A stretch of 52,459 nt of DNA, the filler included, from Sphacelaria rigidula (Eukaryota): the NCBI GenBank assembly GCA_964200075.2. It is 4 parts of 4 records of this genome, joined end to end, with 100 filler letters (N's around TTAATTAATTAA, not from the genome) between each part and the next. Parts side by side here need not be neighbours in the genome. Positions count along the whole stretch, not along the records: positions 39,422 to 52,459 come from CAXNAA020003215.1; 3 more parts are not named here. One strand, written 5' to 3'. The position numbers and the translations under genes are program-made. The notes beneath the pieces are model-generated. The model was given only the letters and a program-made list of their open reading frames with translations. It was not told where the DNA came from and did not search any database. Of this stretch, positions 47,889-52,459 are shown one piece after another (the stretch's first letter is position 1; every line of letters starts with the position of its first letter).

Positions 47889-50630
47889 ATGTTGGATGTG
47901 AACAAGAGACAGCTGTGCAGTGACGGGGGCTGCTCGGACAGGCCATCGTATGGTGTAGCGGGAAGCACGAAGGCGGGGTTCTGCTCAAAGCATGCCAAGA
48001 CAGGAATGGTGAAAGTGAAGAACGGGACGTGCGGCTACGAGAGCTGCTCCATGTCACCGTCGTATGGCGTGGCGGGGAGCACGAATGTGGAGTTCTGTTC
48101 GAAGCATGCCAGGACAGGAGTGGTGAATATAAGGGACAAGAAGTGCTGCTACGAGGGCTGTTCCACGCATCCGTCGTACGGTATGGCGGGAGGCAAAAAG
48201 GCGGAGTTCTGTTCGAAGCATGCCGGGGCGGGGATGGTGAATGTAAAGAAGAAGACGTGCGGCTACGAGGACTGCTCCACGCAGCCGTCGTATGGTGTGG
48301 CGGGAGGGAGAAAAGCGGAGTTCTGTTCGAAGCATGCCAGGACCGGGATGGTGAATGTGAAGAAGAACACGTGCGGCTACGAGGGCTGTTCCTCGTATCC
48401 CTCGTATGGTGTGGTGGGAGGTAAAAACGCGGAGTTCTGTTCGAAGCATGCCCGGACGGGAATGATGGATGTAAGGAACAAGAAGTGTGGCTACGAGGGC
48501 TGTTCCTCGTATCCGTCGTATGGTGTGGCGGGAAGCACGAAGGCGGTATTCTGTCTCAAGCACGCCAGGATGGGAATGGTGAACGTGGTGAGCAAGAAGT
48601 GCGGCCACGAGGGCTGCTTCTCGCACCCGTCGTATGGGGTACCTGGAATGAAAAAAGCGGAGTTCTGTTCCAAGCATGCCAGGGCGGGGATGGTGAATGT
48701 AAGGAAGAAAACATGCGGCTCCGAGGGCTGTTCCTCGCATGCGTCGTATGGTGTAGCGGGAAGCACAAAAACGGAGTTCTGTTCCAAGCATGCCTGGACG
48801 GGAATGGTGAATGTGCAGAACAAGATGTGCGGCTACGAGGGCTGCCCCTCGCAGCCGTCTTATGGGATAGCGGGAAGCACGAAGGCGGAGTTCTGTTCCA
48901 AGCATGCCTGGACAGGAATGGTGAATGTGAAGTACAAGAAGTGCGGCTACGAGAGCTGCTCCTTGCAGGCGTCGTATGGGGTGTCGGGGAGCACGAAGGC
49001 GGAGTTCTGTTCCAAGCATGCCGGGGCGGGTATGGTGAATGTGAAGAAGAACACGTGCGGCTACGAGGGCTGCTCCACGAAACCGTCATATGGGGTGTCG
49101 GGGAGCACGAAGGCGGAGTTCTGTTCCAAGCATGCCGGGGCGGGTATGGTGAATGTGAAGAAGAACACGTGCGGCTACGAGGGCTGCTCCACGAAACCGT
49201 CATATGGTGTAGCGGGAAGCACAAAGGCGGAGTTCTGTTCCAAGCATGCCTGGACAGGAATGGTGAATGTGAAGTACAAGAAGTGCGGCTCCAAGGGCTG
49301 CTCCTCGCAGCCGTCGCATGGGATAGCGGGAAGCACGAAGGCAACATTCTGTTCCGAGCATGCCTGGACAGGAATGGTGAATGTGAAGTACAAGAAGTGC
49401 GGCTACGAGGGCTGCTCCTTGCAGCCGCCGTATGGGGTTGCGGGAAGCACGAAGGCAACATTCTGTTCCAAGCATGCCGGGGCGGGTATGGTGAATGTGA
49501 AGGACAAGAAGTGCGGCTGCGAGGGCTGCTCAAAGCAGGCGTCGTATGGTGTAGCGGGAAGCATGAAGGCGGAGCTCTGTTTCGAGCACGCCAGGGCGGG
49601 AATGGTGAATGTAAAGAGCATGGCGTGCGGCTCCGAGGGCTGCTCCACGCAGGCGTCGTATGGTGTGACGGGAAGCACGGAGACGGAACTCTGTCCCAAG
49701 CATGCTAGGACGGGCATGGTGAATGAAGGGGGAAAGATGTGCCCCTACGAGGGCTGCCTCACGTCTTCGTGCTCGGAGGTAACGGGAAGAGAAAAGGCGG
49801 AGTTATCTTCCAAGCACGCCAGCGCGGGAATGGTGGATGTAAAGAAGTGCGGCTACGAGGGGTGCCCCGTGTGTCCGTCGTGTGGTGTGGCGGGACGCCG
49901 AAGGGCGGATTTCTGTTCCAAGCACACCAAGGCGGGAATGGTGCGTCGGGTGCCCAAGAGGTGCAAAGAAGAGGGGTGCTTCAAATCAACTCCCGACGAG
50001 AAGCACAACGTTGATGAAGCGACGCGACAGCTTGTTGATGCACGCACCACAGCCGCGGTACTCGACACTACGGAACTCAACACTGGAGAGGGCTTTCGCG
50101 ACCGTAGCCCGACGAAGGGTAGTGCAGCAAACGTTGCTAATGTACGAGGAGCAAAGCGCAAGCGCGCAGCATTGTCGGGGCCTGTTGTGAACGACGATGT
50201 TGGTGCTCCCCGTAGTGTGTGCGTCCGTCCTGGGCAGGGTGTGAGAACACCGTTGCTTCCGGGAAACTCACCTTTGCTCTTGGGATACCCACCTTCGAGG
50301 GCTTATGGCAAGGAATCTTTGGGAGCACGAGCAGAAGCAGGATTGAAAGTGGAGATGACAGGCCTTTCTCCTACACACGATGGCGACGGGGTGAGAAAGT
50401 GTCGCGAGCAGGCTGTCCGTTCGATTGGTCGGACTAGCGAACGTGGTTGTGGTGGCTTCACCAGCAGTGGTGGTGGGAGTACGGGACTGCTCTGGGGTTC
50501 GTTGCAAGTGATTCCTGGACATCAGGGCGCATGTGATGATGTGGCTTTCGAAGGTGCACAGGAGGATCGGAACGTGAAGTTGGAGCTCGACGTATCTAGT
50601 CCTTCTCCCCAAACGTCCGATACATGGTAG
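47889..50630 (+). CDS. EsV-1-7 cysteine-rich tandem-repeat protein (913 aa; 18 repeats plus a partial one, then a low-complexity C-terminal tail)
   Basis: Uninterrupted 2742-bp ORF. Repeat consensus CGYEGCSxxPSYGVAGSTKAEFCSKHAxxGMVNVKxKx (C-X4-C-X16-C-X2-H, GMV(N/D)V linker) is the pattern of the EsV-1-7 family known from brown algae and phaeoviruses. The true start may lie in an upstream exon. Confidence 0.9.
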   Translation: MLDVNKRQLCSDGGCSDRPSYGVAGSTKAGFCSKHAKTGMVKVKNGTCGYESCSMSPSYGVAGSTNVEFCSKHARTGVVNIRDKKCCYEGCSTHPSYGMAGGKKAEFCSKHAGAGMVNVKKKTCGYEDCSTQPSYGVAGGRKAEFCSKHARTGMVNVKKNTCGYEGCSSYPSYGVVGGKNAEFCSKHARTGMMDVRNKKCGYEGCSSYPSYGVAGSTKAVFCLKHARMGMVNVVSKKCGHEGCFSHPSYGVPGMKKAEFCSKHARAGMVNVRKKTCGSEGCSSHASYGVAGSTKTEFCSKHAWTGMVNVQNKMCGYEGCPSQPSYGIAGSTKAEFCSKHAWTGMVNVKYKKCGYESCSLQASYGVSGSTKAEFCSKHAGAGMVNVKKNTCGYEGCSTKPSYGVSGSTKAEFCSKHAGAGMVNVKKNTCGYEGCSTKPSYGVAGSTKAEFCSKHAWTGMVNVKYKKCGSKGCSSQPSHGIAGSTKATFCSEHAWTGMVNVKYKKCGYEGCSLQPPYGVAGSTKATFCSKHAGAGMVNVKDKKCGCEGCSKQASYGVAGSMKAELCFEHARAGMVNVKSMACGSEGCSTQASYGVTGSTETELCPKHARTGMVNEGGKMCPYEGCLTSSCSEVTGREKAELSSKHASAGMVDVKKCGYEGCPVCPSCGVAGRRRADFCSKHTKAGMVRRVPKRCKEEGCFKSTPDEKHNVDEATRQLVDARTTAAVLDTTELNTGEGFRDRSPTKGSAANVANVRGAKRKRAALSGPVVNDDVGAPRSVCVRPGQGVRTPLLPGNSPLLLGYPPSRAYGKESLGARAEAGLKVEMTGLSPTHDGDGVRKCREQAVRSIGRTSERGCGGFTSSGGGSTGLLWGSLQVIPGHQGACDDVAFEGAQEDRNVKLELDVSSPSPQTSDTW
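47916..49961 (+). repeat. Coding tandem array of 114-bp units (18 copies)
   Basis: 38-codon periodicity visible in DNA and protein. Unit 17 is degenerate (36 aa, third Cys lost). Confidence 0.95.
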
Positions 50631-51834
50631 ATGGCACCATTCTTCCCAACGATGCCGTTGCTCAGAGTGAGGAAGAATATGTCCGTGCGGACTCGCGTAT
50701 GTTGACACCGCAAACGACGGGTGGTCGGCACGGTGTTTTAGCTTCTGTTGATGCGAGCCGTTCGTGGGGTTTATGGGGTCCTGGTAGCAGGACTTTGCCA
50801 GATTGAGAATTTGGCATCCAATTGAGCATGAGAACTCAGAAAAATAGGAAATCCTGATCAACTCATCGAATGGAGACTGTTTAATAATACGTTCTGCGCC
50901 GAGCCAGGCAAGAAGCGGCTAAATGAAAGCTTCTACCCGTGCTATGCACCCCATGTATTTTCTGATTCCATTGGCGTCATCAGCCAGCAGAAATCTGAGT
51001 CCAGATTTCAAGAAAAAGGTGGATGTATACTTGAAACAGTTTCAGTTCTAAAATGCTCGTCGAATCTGTATACGCTCTCTGTACCAGCTTGCCACTGAAG
51101 CCTCTGATATCCCCGGGAAGGATCGCATCTGAAGCTGTGTGCACACGACGTTGTTCCCAGCATAACGCACACACGAAAAATGGATCAAGTCAGAGCCAAT
51201 CATAAACTTAGTTGTAATCAACGCTAGACTCTCAATCTGTCGAAACTCTCTTATATTCCAGTTCCGGATTCCACCAGAGACCGAGGCGCCGTTGTTGTAC
51301 TAGCGGTAACCGTGCCCTCCAGTTTCAAGTTGCCGAGGGCTGGTCGAAAGTGACGTCTATAGGAGTAGCCGGCGACCCGACGAATCGCGACCCCACTTTG
51401 ACTTGTAATTCGTATTTGTTCCCCACCTTGTTTGACTGATGGTGTAATGCGTGCAGTAACTTTGGTTCGCGTTCCACTGCAGCATCTGTACCCCCGAAAA
51501 AACGCGCGTGCGGCGCATTTCAGGTCTCAAAGAAATCCATGCATAAGAGGTTTTTCTGTCACAGTATGGGTATGGCGGATGGTACACCAGTCTTCGTGCT
51601 GTGATAATAGAAAGATGCTTCCTCTGTCCCATGAGTACAGTCCGTTATGGGGGATATAGGCCGTACCTCGCGGACGGAGGTGCTCACGGTGGTATGGTGA
51701 GGTTCGTGATAAATATTTAGTTGTGGAGATGACCACTGGAAAAAACAAGAAGAAAATAATCTACCCACAACCTTAGAATCGTTGGGTCAAGCATAGTCAA
51801 ATATCGACCAGATTTCGCCAATCTGTACATTGTG

Positions 51835-52200
51835 GGCCGAATTTCGACGAAACTAGCTTAGTTTGGAGTAATTGAAAGCTGCAATGTAAACGAGTGGTTT
51901 CGGACTTGGCGTAGCTATCTTATGCCAGCGATGAACAGGAGAAAAAAAGCCAGTTATACTTTTTTTTCGCGATTTTTGCCGTTTTTCGGGTTTCCAAGGT
52001 TCCTCTCCGTGTTATGGAAAAGGGGCGAAACATGGCCATTTCCGGGCCGACTGATCCTTTGTCGGCCATTCGCGCACGCCGGCTGCTGCGCAAACAGCAA
52101 GAAAAAAGACGCGATTCAACTAAAAAACCCCTGAAGATGAGAAAAATATATCGCCTACAGGCTGGGCCAGCCGACAGTGATTTTTGAATGTATTTTGGCG
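51835..52200 (+). repeat. More diverged copy of the 17690-18165 dispersed repeat
   Basis: Shares GGCCATTTCCGGGCCGACTGAT and TTCAACTAAAAAA...GAAGATGAGAAAAATAT segments. Confidence 0.6.
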
Positions 52201-52459
52201 ATGCTGTGGGTAGTTCGAAAAGTTGGGCGCTGAAAATTTGGCAACAGAATTTTATTATCACGACGCACAACATTGTCCGAGGTGCATTGAAAAAAACGAA
52301 AAACAGAGAGATGGAGCGATTTGAAGTTTCTGCAAAAACTAGAAAAATGCTGTAACTCGGTGGGAAAAAACAGAAGCACCTCCAGAAATAAGAGCCGATC
52401 CTAATTTTTGGGGTTGAAACATATAATGAGGTTGAAGTCCCATTTCTCCATTGTAGGGA

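Noticed and set aside
48029-49717. Long alternate-frame and antisense ORFs (407, 325 and 321 aa) overlapping the EsV-1-7 gene
   Set aside because: Expected by-product of a 114-bp in-frame repeat that lacks stops in other frames; no independent protein signal.
843-50630. Helicase + dioxygenase + Zn-repeat genes as one defence or DNA-modification cluster
   Set aside because: They lie on four unrelated size-sorted contigs. The dioxygenase is of the small-molecule DIOX/IPNS type, not AlkB/TET.

Overview
Eukaryotic, intron-rich, transposon-dense DNA, most consistent with a brown alga (Phaeophyceae). The window is not one locus. It holds four contigs of near-identical, decreasing length (13041, 13041, 13039, 13038 bp) joined by 100-bp N/TTAATTAATTAA/N spacers, which indicates size-sorted unplaced contigs. 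Contig 1 carries the first three exons of a RecQ/WRN-type helicase (- strand). Contig 2 carries the first five exons of a 2OG-Fe(II) dioxygenase (+). Contig 3 carries decayed LINE retrotransposons and a small spliced EsV-1-7 repeat gene. Contig 4 carries a 913-aa single-ORF protein with 18 tandem 38-aa EsV-1-7 (C-X4-C-X16-C-X2-H) repeats. Those repeats have an invariant scaffold with variation at fixed positions, followed by a tail with an NLS and two SUMO consensus motifs. This is the most interesting element: a candidate modular, TALE/ZNF-like nucleic-acid reader. The rest is tRNA-derived SINEs sharing a common core, piggyBac-type TTAA MITEs, and hAT-, Tc1/mariner- and CACTA-like non-autonomous elements. 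All calls were made by eye; no database searches were run.
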